From Acidimicrobiales bacterium (GTDB lineage Bacteria; Patescibacteriota; Minisyncoccia; Phycocordibacterales; UBA918), in assembly GCA_047638595.1 (NCBI GenBank), contig JBLIMJ010000003.1, forward strand, positions 11,710 through 75,709: DNA of 64,000 nucleotides. Direction: 5' to 3'. Shown here piece by piece: positions 49,075 to 58,084 of this stretch. The notes beneath the pieces are model-generated. The model made no database searches. It was given only the letters and a program-made list of their open reading frames with translations, and was not told the origin of the DNA. The stretch's first letter is position 1. Every line of letters begins with the position of its first letter. A program made the translations under genes and the position numbers.

Positions 49075-49390
49075 TGGAATGAAAACTCCCCGATGCAAGC
49101 ATTCCCCTCATTCACTGCGCTATCGCTACGTTCATTCGGCGGGGTATCTTTCTGTGCTTCGCCCTATGTATATATGAAAACCAAGGTTTTCAAACTTTCC
49201 TTTGGTTCATCCCCGCAGCAAGCTGACGGGGTATTCTTTTTAAATAATGAGCGTCACGAATCACTAACTATATTTCTGCGCTTCGCTTGAAATCTAGCAA
49301 GTGTTCTCGACCCCGCCTCACTTGTTCGTCGCAAGCTCCTCACAGCGCTCCGGCTTGGCTCCAGGCACGTACCTGACGCAGGTCAGGTAC
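49075..49390. ncRNA. GC-rich structured region of unknown class next to tRNA-Thr
   Basis: No credible ORF. Many local hairpins (CCCCG-CAGCAAGCUGA-CGGGG, GTACCTGAC-GCAG-GTCAGGTAC). 'ACAGCGCUCCGGCUUGG' loosely resembles the RNase P CR-IV/P4 strand. Bounded by a bidirectional terminator. Confidence 0.3.
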
Positions 49391-49391
49391 T

Positions 49392-49417
49392 AAAAAAGTC
49401 CCTTGCGGGACTTTTTT
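49392..49417. terminator. Bidirectional terminator immediately 3' of tRNA-Thr
   Basis: AAAAAAGTCCC-TTGC-GGGACTTTTTT. Confidence 0.75.
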
Positions 49418-49420
49418 GCC

Positions 49421-49496
49421 TGGAGCCACCTGTCAGATTCGAACTGACGACCTACTCATTACAAGTGAGTTGCTCTACCAACTGAGCTAAGGTGGC
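49421..49496 (-). tRNA. tRNA-Thr (anticodon UGU), CCA encoded
   Basis: GCCACCU-UA-GCUC-AGUUGGUA-GAGC-A-ACUCA-CUUGUAA-UGAGU-AGGUC-GUCAG-UUCGAAU-CUGAC-AGGUGGC-U-CCA. Full cloverleaf, 76 nt. Confidence 0.9.
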
Positions 49497-49532
49497 GTAT
49501 TGAATTGTACTATTGGTCTAACTTTAATTTCA

Positions 49533-49606
49533 CGGCAACTCACTTGTGACAAGTGATTCGGAAGTGTCCCACACTTCCTCATCTCTACCAACTGAGCTAA
49601 GGTGGC
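49533..49606 (-). other. Degenerate partial duplicate of the tRNA-Thr 5' half (acceptor 5' strand, D-arm, anticodon-arm-like), lacking T-arm
   Basis: GCCACCTTAGCTCAGTTGGTAGAG is identical to tRNA positions 1-24. It is followed by a GGAAGTG..CACTTCC hairpin and an anticodon-arm-like AATCACTTGT..TGAGT with extra nucleotides. No T-arm or 3' acceptor. Confidence 0.6.
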
Positions 49607-49691
49607 TCTCAGGGTTTAAGCTGAGAAAATTATTTATTTGTCTTCTTCTGCAAAGTGGGACTATTATTGCAAGTTTTGAAAAATTTGCAAC

Positions 49692-50111
49692 CTATGCCTC
49701 GTGTGATCTCATTTTTTCTTTTTGAACATCAGTAAGTGCAACCTCTTCTTTATGCTCGGTCATAGCGTCCAGATGTGTTCTCTTCTTTGCACTACGGATA
49801 TCTTTGGACACTTGTTTGTTGCGTCGTAACAAGTTTTCAACCCATTTCTCAGCACGGTTAATAAGTGATAGGAATTTTTGTAACACACTATGTGCAAGAT
49901 AATGAAGCATCAGGCGTAAAAACCCTCTACCAACATAAGTATCCATCTTTGATAGCGCACCGGATAATTTTACGATGCTTTTATTAAACAAACTTCTCGT
50001 ATGCGCGAGAACTAGTAAATGACTCCCTCGTGCATCTTCAATACGGAAAATCGCTGAGATGACCACCAGAATCATTGCACTGGACGCAAAACATATTAAT
50101 GCGATAGTCAT
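49692..50111 (-). CDS. Hypothetical membrane-anchored protein (139 aa), 4 nt downstream of tsf
   Basis: N-terminal TM 'IALICFASSAMILVVISAIF', then a basic coiled region. Confidence 0.5.
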   Translation of the reverse strand: MTIALICFASSAMILVVISAIFRIEDARGSHLLVLAHTRSLFNKSIVKLSGALSKMDTYVGRGFLRLMLHYLAHSVLQKFLSLINRAEKWVENLLRRNKQVSKDIRSAKKRTHLDAMTEHKEEVALTDVQKEKMRSHEA

Positions 50112-50115
50112 GTAC

Positions 50116-50706
50116 CTATTTTACGGAAACTCTTGAAACTTGTGCAATCGCAACGTTCTCCCCAAACTTCTGAACTGCCCCTGTTACCATTTCTGCAATT
50201 GTGGTATCGGGATTTTTAACGAAAGATTGTTCCAGTAAAATTTGATCCTTAAAGTAGCTATTAAGCTTCCCTTCCATGATTTTTTCCTGCATTTCTTCTG
50301 GCTTGTCTTTTACATCTTCTGCAAAAACTTCCTTAGCTTTTTCAATGATTGTGTCGTCTAATTCATCCTTAGAGATATACTTTGGGTCCATTGCTGTAAC
50401 ATGCATTGCAATATCATTTGCAAGCGTAATAAATTCTTCATTTTTAGAAACAAAGTCTGTCTCGCATGAAAGGAGTACCAATGAAGCTACTTCATTGGTG
50501 TTATGGATATATGAACCTACTACACCAGCGCCAAGTACCCGGTCTGATTTCTTATCAGCAGCTTCGCTTCGCTTTTTCTTCAAGATGATAAGTGCTTTAT
50601 CCATATCACCTTCTGCTTCTTCAAGAGATTTTTTACACTGCATAACTGAGATTCCAGTTTTCTCTCGCAGTTCTTTAATTTGTGTTGATGTAATTTCCAT
50701 ACTCAA
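50116..50706 (-). CDS. tsf: Elongation factor Ts (short form)
   Basis: 'ITSTQIKELREKTGISVMQCKKSLEEAEGDMDKALIILKKK' UBA-like N-terminus plus dimerisation core. Confidence 0.9.
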   Translation of the reverse strand: MSMEITSTQIKELREKTGISVMQCKKSLEEAEGDMDKALIILKKKRSEAADKKSDRVLGAGVVGSYIHNTNEVASLVLLSCETDFVSKNEEFITLANDIAMHVTAMDPKYISKDELDDTIIEKAKEVFAEDVKDKPEEMQEKIMEGKLNSYFKDQILLEQSFVKNPDTTIAEMVTGAVQKFGENVAIAQVSRVSVK

Positions 50707-50752
50707 TGTACTTAACTAAGTGAATTAATAGATATATCTGCGTCTGTAGATA

Positions 50753-51538
50753 CTATCGACGGTCAAATGTTCGTCGTGGCCGTGGTCGAGCTCCTTCGCT
50801 TCGCTGTGGCCGAGTTGATCGAACTGGTGCTGGCACGTATTTTGTTCGTCCTTCAGCGTATGCAGCAGTTATTTCTGTCAATGCGAGTTCCACACTTGAA
50901 GTGAGCGCATCATTTACTAAAATCGGTAATTGAACTTTTTTTGCATCACAGTCAGAACTCATGATTGCCACAACAGGAATGTTGAGATCATTCGCTTCTT
51001 GTACTGCGATAAAATCGTGACGTGGGTCAACAACCACCATCAACGCAGGAGTACGATCCATGCTCTTTACACCACCGAAATTAAATTCCAACTTATCAAC
51101 CTCCCTTCCGATAACTACTCGTTCCTTTTTAATGTATTTACGTTCGAGTTCTCCTGACTCACGTTCAGCAGTGAGTGTCTTGAGACGTTCAATTCGCTTT
51201 TTGATTTCTGAGTTGTTTGTAAGGAGTCCTCCAATCCAACGGTTTGTTACAAATGGCATTTCTACCTTTTGTGATGCCTCATTTACTAATTTTGAAACTT
51301 CATCTTTAGTCCCCACAAAGAGTACCGTTTTCCCGTTTTCACCTGCTTCAGCAAGTACTTTCTTAACTGAGTCTATTTGTGTTGCAGTCTGTTCAAGGTC
51401 AAAAATATCAGTTCCATTTTTTGAACCAAAAATAAATGGTACTACTGAAGGGTGACGTCGGCTTTTGCTAAAACCAAAATGAGCACCTGCTTTAAAGAGG
51501 CGTTCAATCAGGTTTGTTTCGTTGTTTTCTGTTGACAT
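50753..51538 (-). CDS. rpsB: 30S ribosomal protein S2
   Basis: 'LFKAGAHFGFSKSRRHP' S2 signature. Start at ATG 51538. Confidence 0.9.
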   Translation of the reverse strand: MSTENNETNLIERLFKAGAHFGFSKSRRHPSVVPFIFGSKNGTDIFDLEQTATQIDSVKKVLAEAGENGKTVLFVGTKDEVSKLVNEASQKVEMPFVTNRWIGGLLTNNSEIKKRIERLKTLTAERESGELERKYIKKERVVIGREVDKLEFNFGGVKSMDRTPALMVVVDPRHDFIAVQEANDLNIPVVAIMSSDCDAKKVQLPILVNDALTSSVELALTEITAAYAEGRTKYVPAPVRSTRPQRSEGARPRPRRTFDRR

Positions 51539-51869
51539 ATATTTAGATAATTCCAGCACCTCCTTTGTTAATTAATAAACTGTATTCTGTGACATCGAGG
51601 TGGCACCCATAAATGACGCCGCACGAGCACAGTACCCCAGTAATAAAGGAGTGCTGAGTATATAAAAGTAGGAACCTTTATATAAAAAAGCGCTTTTGCG
51701 CAACGGCGAAATAGTACCACAGGGTATAGAGAGGTGCAATAGTGAATGAAAAAGGAGTGTAACGACTATTTTGAACTTAGGTCCCGATTCGTTCTGCCCT
51801 TGGGCGAATCGCTGGACTTAAAAAACAAAAATTTTGCTTACTCTAGCAAAGTAGCTGAGTAGAGATAAA

Positions 51870-52838
51870 CTACAGTTCTGATTCAGCCTTGTGCATCGCA
51901 TCAATAATCGGTTGGAGTTCTCCACCTAGTGTTGCTTCGATGGTGTGCCACGACTCCTTGATGCGGTGATCTGTAATTCTGTTTTGTGGAAAATTGTATG
52001 TGCGAATTTTCTCTGACCGGTCTCCTGTTCCGATTTGATTACTCCGCACCTCGGAATGCTTTCGTGCTTCTTCTTCTTCATGGCGCGCCTCCAGCTTTGC
52101 AATAAGCATCGCCATAGCTTTTTCACGGTTTTTTAGCTGTGAACGGTCGGACTCACATCGTACATCCAATCCTGTTGGTCGATGGACTACACGTACTGCT
52201 GTTTCTACCTTGTTCACGTTCTGACCTCCTGCTCCACCAGAACGAGAAAACTCCATATCAATATCACCCGGGTCGATTATGATCTTTGGTTTCTTTCGCA
52301 TTGGGAGCACTGCTACTGATGCAGTGGAAGTGTGAATTCTTCCTTGTTTCTCAGTACTAGGAATCCTCTGTACACGATGCACACCAGTTTCAAACTTGAA
52401 TGCGTCGTATACTGCTGAAGAAAGAATCTCAAATGCTGCCTCCTTATATCCTCCCATAGTTGCTACTGATTTATGCTCTGCGGTTGTTTGCCATCCTTTG
52501 TTCTGAGCGTATGTGAGATACATAGCAGCAAGCTCTTCAGCAAAAAGAGCGGCCTCATCGCCTCCTGCTCCTGCACGCACTTCAAGCATAACGCCATATG
52601 GCTTTGCTTCCTCCTCTTTAGTAGATTCAATAATCTTATCCATCTCATCAAACTGGTTCTGAAGCTGTACTTCTAGTGTTTCAATTTCCTCTTTAGCCAA
52701 TTCAGCCATCTCTGGATCAGAGTCCGCAAGTTCACGAGCATCTACGAGTTTCTGTAATTCAGCATTATAAACAGACAATAAGTACTGTGTCTTGTGGTTG
52801 TTTTTAAATTCTTCTAGTTTATCTTGATCGTGTTCCAT
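51870..52838 (-). CDS. prfA: Peptide chain release factor 1
   Basis: GGQ motif ('SGGAGGQNVNKVETAVRVVH') and a PxT-type tripeptide ('RVQRIPSTEKQGRIHTS'), not SPF. Confidence 0.85.
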   Translation of the reverse strand: MEHDQDKLEEFKNNHKTQYLLSVYNAELQKLVDARELADSDPEMAELAKEEIETLEVQLQNQFDEMDKIIESTKEEEAKPYGVMLEVRAGAGGDEAALFAEELAAMYLTYAQNKGWQTTAEHKSVATMGGYKEAAFEILSSAVYDAFKFETGVHRVQRIPSTEKQGRIHTSTASVAVLPMRKKPKIIIDPGDIDMEFSRSGGAGGQNVNKVETAVRVVHRPTGLDVRCESDRSQLKNREKAMAMLIAKLEARHEEEEARKHSEVRSNQIGTGDRSEKIRTYNFPQNRITDHRIKESWHTIEATLGGELQPIIDAMHKAESEL

Positions 52839-52946
52839 AATAATATGAATTCCATAGTACGCTAAGTTTTCTTTTTTACCAACAAAAAAGACTCACTGGT
52901 ATACATCGATACCTCATGAGTCTTTTTTGATAGTAAAGATAGATAG

Positions 52947-53201
52947 TTATTTCTTTTTCTTCAAAGCTCGATTTTTGAATCGCTCTACTCTACCTGCAGT
53001 ATCCATAACTTTTTCTTGTCCCGTATAGAATGGGTGTGTATCACTTGACACATCAACGCGTACTAACGGATATTCGTTACCGTCTTCCCATTTATCCGTA
53101 TCGTTTGATGCAACTGTAGAACCTACAAGAAAACGAGCATTACTTGAGTTATCGTGGAAGATTACCATTCGGTAGTTTTCTGGGTGAATATCTTTTTTCA
53201 T
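52947..53201 (-). CDS. rpmE: 50S ribosomal protein L31 (type B, Cys-less)
   Basis: '[17 protein letters not shown]...HPFYTGQ'. Confidence 0.88.
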   Translation of the reverse strand: MKKDIHPENYRMVIFHDNSSNARFLVGSTVASNDTDKWEDGNEYPLVRVDVSSDTHPFYTGQEKVMDTAGRVERFKNRALKKKK

Positions 53202-53351
53202 AAAATGTTTTTGTGGCCACGGCTTAGTACGCGACCTTTGTAATGCGGCATACTATACCAGAAACCATACAATAAGCAATGTCTCGTGAACAATACCCCC
53301 GTCCACTGTCTCTCTTGCAAGAAACTGTAGATATTCTGTCTTATCGTTAAA

Positions 53352-54716
53352 CTATTGAGACAGCAACACCCTGATGTCGCCGTCGAGTCGCGCTTTGCGT
53401 TTCATAACTCCATTTCCATAAAAGGCATTTTCTGGATTATTAGCACCACCCCATCCAGCGTAATAACGCAGAGCAGCAGTTCTATCGCTGTTATAGTTTC
53501 CATTGGCACCATTATCTCGCAATAGTAATCCAGTTGCTAAAAAGGCATCCTGATTACTAAACGGATTACCTGCAGAGGATTTACCCAGTAGCGTTCTAAT
53601 CGCATCTTGCGATCGTATATATGTATACCGTCCAGCCGCATCTTTTTTAAATCCTCCATAAATTGCCCACGTGCTTGGAATAAATTGAGATGGCCCCATC
53701 GCACCACCCCACCCTATGCGACTTCCATCACTTCGACGCAGTGGGCATGAAACCTGCTGTGTTGCCGGGTCAAATCCGATTTCTTCAGCTATCGCTAAAA
53801 AGGGTGGTTTATCCCTGTCTGGATGCATAATGTCTTTTCCTAAAGAAAGATCCCCCATAGTACAACCGCCGATATTACTTCCATATGAGGACTCCTGCTC
53901 AAGAATTGCAAGAATTAACGCTGCTGGAGTACCAGTCATATCTTCTGACATCTGTGCATACGCAACTGCATCAGGAAATGGTATAGCGGCACCTCCACCA
54001 AGCAACTTAAAGAGTTGTGACTTAAGCTGTGCAGCTGATTTTTGCTGTGATATGAGCAATTCTTGGTATGCTTGCTCTTCCCCTTTTGTTACTACCAAGA
54101 TTCTTTCTTTCGCTGCTTCTTGTACTTCAATATTTTTCTTCTCAATCTCTTGTGTAATTTTCATCTGTGCCTCATTCAACTGCTTACCCTCCAGCGAGTT
54201 CTTCTGTGTTTGTGTATCTAACTTTATCTCCTTAAGTGCACTTAATGAATTATTGAGAGATCTCTTAACTGTACGGAAACTCTCCACTTCAGCAAAGAAT
54301 TCTGAAAAATTCGCATTACTCAACATAACCTCAACTAAAGAGAAATCATCCACAGCCTGCGTCTTTCTGATAAGTTCTGCCAATGAATTACGCTGTTTCT
54401 CAAGTCGTTCATTGAGAATGATAATAACCTCTTCTTTTTCATCAATCTGATTCGATAACTGCTCAATCACAACAGTACGTGCTCTGATGCCTAGCTGTGC
54501 TTCAGTTATTTCCGCATCAATAATATTAAGGTCACGTTCCAATGACTGCCGTTCCGACTTCTTATTATCAACTAACACTCGTTGATGGAGGATCTGTCGT
54601 TCCACTTGCTGAAGTTGAGCCTCTAAGCGCGCACGACGTTCAGTGTCAGTTTCAGCAAAAGCAACGTATGGGAGAACCATACTCATACAAACGAAAAATG
54701 CTGCAAATCTCTGCAT
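53352..54716 (-). CDS. Secreted coiled-coil protein with C-terminal family-3 (MltB/SLT_2-like) lytic transglycosylase domain
   Basis: Signal peptide, then ~250 aa of heptad-rich sequence. 'ILEQESSYG' (catalytic Glu context) and 'GAMGPSQFIPSTW', which resembles the MltB-family motif GAxGxxQFMPSTW. Confidence 0.7.
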   Translation of the reverse strand: MQRFAAFFVCMSMVLPYVAFAETDTERRARLEAQLQQVERQILHQRVLVDNKKSERQSLERDLNIIDAEITEAQLGIRARTVVIEQLSNQIDEKEEVIIILNERLEKQRNSLAELIRKTQAVDDFSLVEVMLSNANFSEFFAEVESFRTVKRSLNNSLSALKEIKLDTQTQKNSLEGKQLNEAQMKITQEIEKKNIEVQEAAKERILVVTKGEEQAYQELLISQQKSAAQLKSQLFKLLGGGAAIPFPDAVAYAQMSEDMTGTPAALILAILEQESSYGSNIGGCTMGDLSLGKDIMHPDRDKPPFLAIAEEIGFDPATQQVSCPLRRSDGSRIGWGGAMGPSQFIPSTWAIYGGFKKDAAGRYTYIRSQDAIRTLLGKSSAGNPFSNQDAFLATGLLLRDNGANGNYNSDRTAALRYYAGWGGANNPENAFYGNGVMKRKARLDGDIRVLLSQ

Positions 54717-54805
54717 AGTGGGGTAAGTATATCACTCATGTGCACCTTGCTGCAAAAAAGCACCTATCGTATAGACAGATGCTTTTTTATACAAGGTGTA
54801 AAGCT

Positions 54806-55438
54806 TTATTCAGATACTTCCGCTTCACCTCCTGCCTTCCCTTTCTCTTCCACTTCCACAGCATCCATATCAACTGCTTCCACTTCTTCAGATTCTTCTT
54901 CACGAGCAGCTGAAACTGAAGCGACAACAGCATCAGGTTCTGCGCTTAACGTAATGTCGTCAGCAATTTTTAAGTCTTTTACTAAGATTTGTGACTGCTC
55001 ATCAACAAGTACCGTGATGTCTACATCAATATGTGATGGGAGTACCCCTGGACGGCAGGTAACCTCTAATTCATGCAATACTTTTGTGACAGTTGCTCCA
55101 GTTTTTTCAATTGGTGCCTCTCCGACAAATTCCAGCGTTACATTGGTAGTAAGTTCTTTACCTCGTTCAATAGCGTAAAAATCTACATGTTCAACACCTC
55201 CCTTTTCTGCATTGAAAGCTACGTCATGAACTAATACTTCAATCTCTTCATCTAAGCCAACGAGACTAATAATCGTTGACTCCCCAGCTTCATGTAATGT
55301 CTTTTCAAACACGATTTTACTTACCGTGATTGAAATTGGTTCTTGCTTTGGTCCATATACAATTGCAGGAATATTTCCCTCAGAACGTAACGTTTCTACA
55401 TTCCCTTCTCGTTTTGTAACTTCTAGTTTTGTTGTCAT
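54806..55438 (-). CDS. rplY: 50S ribosomal protein L25 / general stress protein Ctc with acidic C-terminal tail
   Basis: 'LEVTKREGNVETLRSEGNIPAIVYGPKQEPISI'. Start at ATG 55438. Confidence 0.85.
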   Translation of the reverse strand: MTTKLEVTKREGNVETLRSEGNIPAIVYGPKQEPISITVSKIVFEKTLHEAGESTIISLVGLDEEIEVLVHDVAFNAEKGGVEHVDFYAIERGKELTTNVTLEFVGEAPIEKTGATVTKVLHELEVTCRPGVLPSHIDVDITVLVDEQSQILVKDLKIADDITLSAEPDAVVASVSAAREEESEEVEAVDMDAVEVEEKGKAGGEAEVSE

Positions 55439-55549
55439 ATGGGCAATACCATAACATACTCCCAAAAAAGCTCAATCCCATATGATGCACCTGTATTGCT
55501 TGTACTCACACATTAAATAATGTGAACCTGGTGCGGTACGTTATACTAT

Positions 55550-56560
55550 ATGTATATGTCAGAACAATATGATTTTGTCGCCATCGGCGACATGGTAGTT
55601 GACGCCTTCATTAAGTTGTCAGGAGAATACGCGACGGTATCAAAGAACCTTGATACGGGCCGCAAAACACTTGAGATGAGTTTTGGAAACAAACTGCCTT
55701 ATGAAGATGTAACAGTAGTTAATGCTGTTGGAAATTCACCCAATGCATCGGTAGGAGCGCATCGTCTTGGTTTAAAAACTGCATTAATTTCAAATGTGGG
55801 CCATGACCGTAACGGTACTGACTGCTTAGAGAAGCTACGTGCCGAAGGAGTGCACACTGAATACGTAAAAGTGCATGAAGGTAAAAAAACCAATTACCAC
55901 TATGTACTACGCTATGGACCAGAGCGAACCATCCTTATTAACCATGAGCAGTACCCATATGTACTTCCTGATTTTGAGGTACCCCCTCGCTTTATTTATT
56001 TTTCATCAATTGGTGAACATGGTATCGACTATCACTTTGAAATCGCAAAATACGTAACTGAACACCCCGAAACAAAACTGGTATTTCAGCCGGGCACGTT
56101 CCAAATAAAACTTGGTGCCGAGAAACTTAAGGCACTTTACGAAGTAACTGACATATTCTTCTGCAATAAAGAAGAAGCTCAAACTATTCTTAATACACAA
56201 GAACAAGATGTACCAACACTCATTCGTGCGTTTAAAGAACTCGGACCAAAAATGCCCGTAATCACTGATGGCCCTGAAGGAGCATACGTAGTCGACGAGG
56301 ACGACCAAGCATGGCATATGCCTATGTATCCAGACCCTGCCCCTCCAGAAGATCGAACTGGTGCAGGTGATTCATTTTCATCAACATTCACCACTGCTAT
56401 AGCACTTGGGATGACTCCTGCAGAAGCTTTGGCATGGGGACCCGTTAATTCAATGAACGTCGTGCAATACATCGGTGCACAAGAAGGACTTCTGACACGA
56501 GAACAGTTATTAAAGTTCCTCGATGAAGCACCTGAAGTTTACAAATCTAGAAAGATATAA
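55550..56560 (+). CDS. PfkB-family carbohydrate kinase
   Basis: 'DFVAIGDMVVD' N-terminal motif and 'GAGDSFSSTFTTAIALG' ATP-binding motif. Confidence 0.85.
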   Translation: MYMSEQYDFVAIGDMVVDAFIKLSGEYATVSKNLDTGRKTLEMSFGNKLPYEDVTVVNAVGNSPNASVGAHRLGLKTALISNVGHDRNGTDCLEKLRAEGVHTEYVKVHEGKKTNYHYVLRYGPERTILINHEQYPYVLPDFEVPPRFIYFSSIGEHGIDYHFEIAKYVTEHPETKLVFQPGTFQIKLGAEKLKALYEVTDIFFCNKEEAQTILNTQEQDVPTLIRAFKELGPKMPVITDGPEGAYVVDEDDQAWHMPMYPDPAPPEDRTGAGDSFSSTFTTAIALGMTPAEALAWGPVNSMNVVQYIGAQEGLLTREQLLKFLDEAPEVYKSRKI

Positions 56561-56575
56561 AAATGGTGTAGTCAG

Positions 56576-56610
56576 AAAAATAGCCGGGAGCATCGCTCCC
56601 GGCTATTTTT
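56576..56610. terminator. Bidirectional intrinsic terminator
   Basis: AAAAATAGCCGGGAGC-ATC-GCTCCCGGCTATTTTTAT. Confidence 0.8.
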
Positions 56611-56613
56611 ATA

Positions 56614-57090
56614 TTATCTGACCACACGTAGACTACACTTCTCAATTGCATCCAGCCCATTGCATATAACATTAGTATATTGAGCAGTACCGCGACTAAT
56701 CGAACAATAGTTAGTACCTCCTTTATCCCTCTCAGTATTTACTAAAATTGCCATTGAAAGGAGGTTATTGGAACTGCAGTATCGATACCCTTGATCCCCA
56801 GTGTACAACGGGTCAACAGGGGCCTGACTCAAGTATACACTTAGAGGACCTGAAATATTTGATATCGGAACTGGGATGCCCTCGGTCTCAAGATCATCGG
56901 GGTAACTTCCATTATCACTAAAAAGAAGTTCAGATGCTTTCATAAACTCCCACGCTTGGGAGTACCTTTTTGCGTCGCGACTTTTTATTCGAACCTCATC
57001 AAGAGCCGCCAGTATCACAGTCGACAAAATACCAATAATTGCAATAACTATCAGCAATTCAACCAAGGTGAATCCACGTTGGTTTTTCAT
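56614..57090 (-). CDS. Type IV pilin / pseudopilin
   Basis: 'MKNQRGFTLVELLIVIAIIGILSTVILAAL' prepilin class-III signal. C-terminal Cys pair. Confidence 0.88.
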   Translation of the reverse strand: MKNQRGFTLVELLIVIAIIGILSTVILAALDEVRIKSRDAKRYSQAWEFMKASELLFSDNGSYPDDLETEGIPVPISNISGPLSVYLSQAPVDPLYTGDQGYRYCSSNNLLSMAILVNTERDKGGTNYCSISRGTAQYTNVICNGLDAIEKCSLRVVR

Positions 57091-57092
57091 AG

Positions 57093-58079
57093 TTAAGCAA
57101 GAACCTTATTAACTTTCTCAATAATCGATAATGTGTCCATTCCATAGTGGGCAATGAGCTCATCTGGCTCTCCAGACTGACCAAATGAATCATGTACTCC
57201 CAAGCGGACTATTCGTTTGGGATTGGTTTCACTTATGTACTCAGCCACTGCTGACCCTAAACCTCCTGCAACCTGATGCTCTTCAACAGTAACCAATACG
57301 TCATGTTCGTTTGCAAAGGTATCCAATGCTTTAGTGTCCAATGGTTTAATAGTCGTCATACTCAATACCGATGCACCCACTCCTTGTTCATTAAGTTTTT
57401 TGGCTGCCTCAAGTGCATTGTGTACCAACGTACCGGTTACAATGATACCTACAGTTTTTTCGTGTGTTGCTTCTTTCTCAAGAAATACTTCAGCCTTTCC
57501 AATCTCAAAAGGAGAATCTTCGGTTGTGACCACTGGTGTTTTTTCTCGTGCAAGTCGTATATATACTGGTCCCGTATGTATCGCTGCAGCGAGTATTGCC
57601 TTCTTCGCTTCAATGGCATCACAAGGCGCCAAGACAACCATACCTGGAATCACACGCATGATGGCGATATCTTCAATCGCTTGATGTGTCGCTCCGTCTG
57701 GGCCTACAGACACACCTGCGTGCGCACCAATAATCTTTACATTCGATTCGTTATACGCAATAGTCGTACGAATTTGTTCCCAGCTACGTCCCGGAGAAAA
57801 CATCGCATACGATGCGATAAAAGGAATCTTTCCTACTGCGGCCATACCCGAAGCCACTGATGCCATGTTTTGCTCTGCAACACCTACTTGAACAAATCGT
57901 TCAGGGAATGCATCCGCAAATACGCTGGTACGAGTTGAACCTGTTAAGTCACACGCTAACGCGACAACGTTGGGATTTTTCTCTCCAGCTTCTTTCAAGC
58001 CATCCCCATATCCATTACGATTTGGTACCTGTTGAACATCAGGGGTACATATTCTTTTATCTAAGTGTTTTGCAAACAT
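57093..58079 (-). CDS. tkt: Transketolase, C-terminal (pyrimidine-binding) subunit
   Basis: Split-transketolase C-terminal half ('FVQVGVAEQNMASVASGMA', 'GATHQAIEDIAIMR'). Confidence 0.9.
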   Translation of the reverse strand: MFAKHLDKRICTPDVQQVPNRNGYGDGLKEAGEKNPNVVALACDLTGSTRTSVFADAFPERFVQVGVAEQNMASVASGMAAVGKIPFIASYAMFSPGRSWEQIRTTIAYNESNVKIIGAHAGVSVGPDGATHQAIEDIAIMRVIPGMVVLAPCDAIEAKKAILAAAIHTGPVYIRLAREKTPVVTTEDSPFEIGKAEVFLEKEATHEKTVGIIVTGTLVHNALEAAKKLNEQGVGASVLSMTTIKPLDTKALDTFANEHDVLVTVEEHQVAGGLGSAVAEYISETNPKRIVRLGVHDSFGQSGEPDELIAHYGMDTLSIIEKVNKVLA

Positions 58080-58084
58080 AATAA

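Noticed and set aside
49051-49290. 79-aa ORF in the GC-rich region next to tRNA-Thr.
   Set aside because: The translation (MCVLNYRVWNENSPMQAFPSF...) is not protein-like. The region is better explained as structured RNA.
49075-49390. Explicit assignment of the GC-rich region as tmRNA or RNase P RNA.
   Set aside because: I could not find a tRNA-like 3' end or tag ORF (tmRNA), nor both P4 strands with the CR-I/CR-II motifs (RNase P). It is kept only as an unclassified ncRNA candidate.
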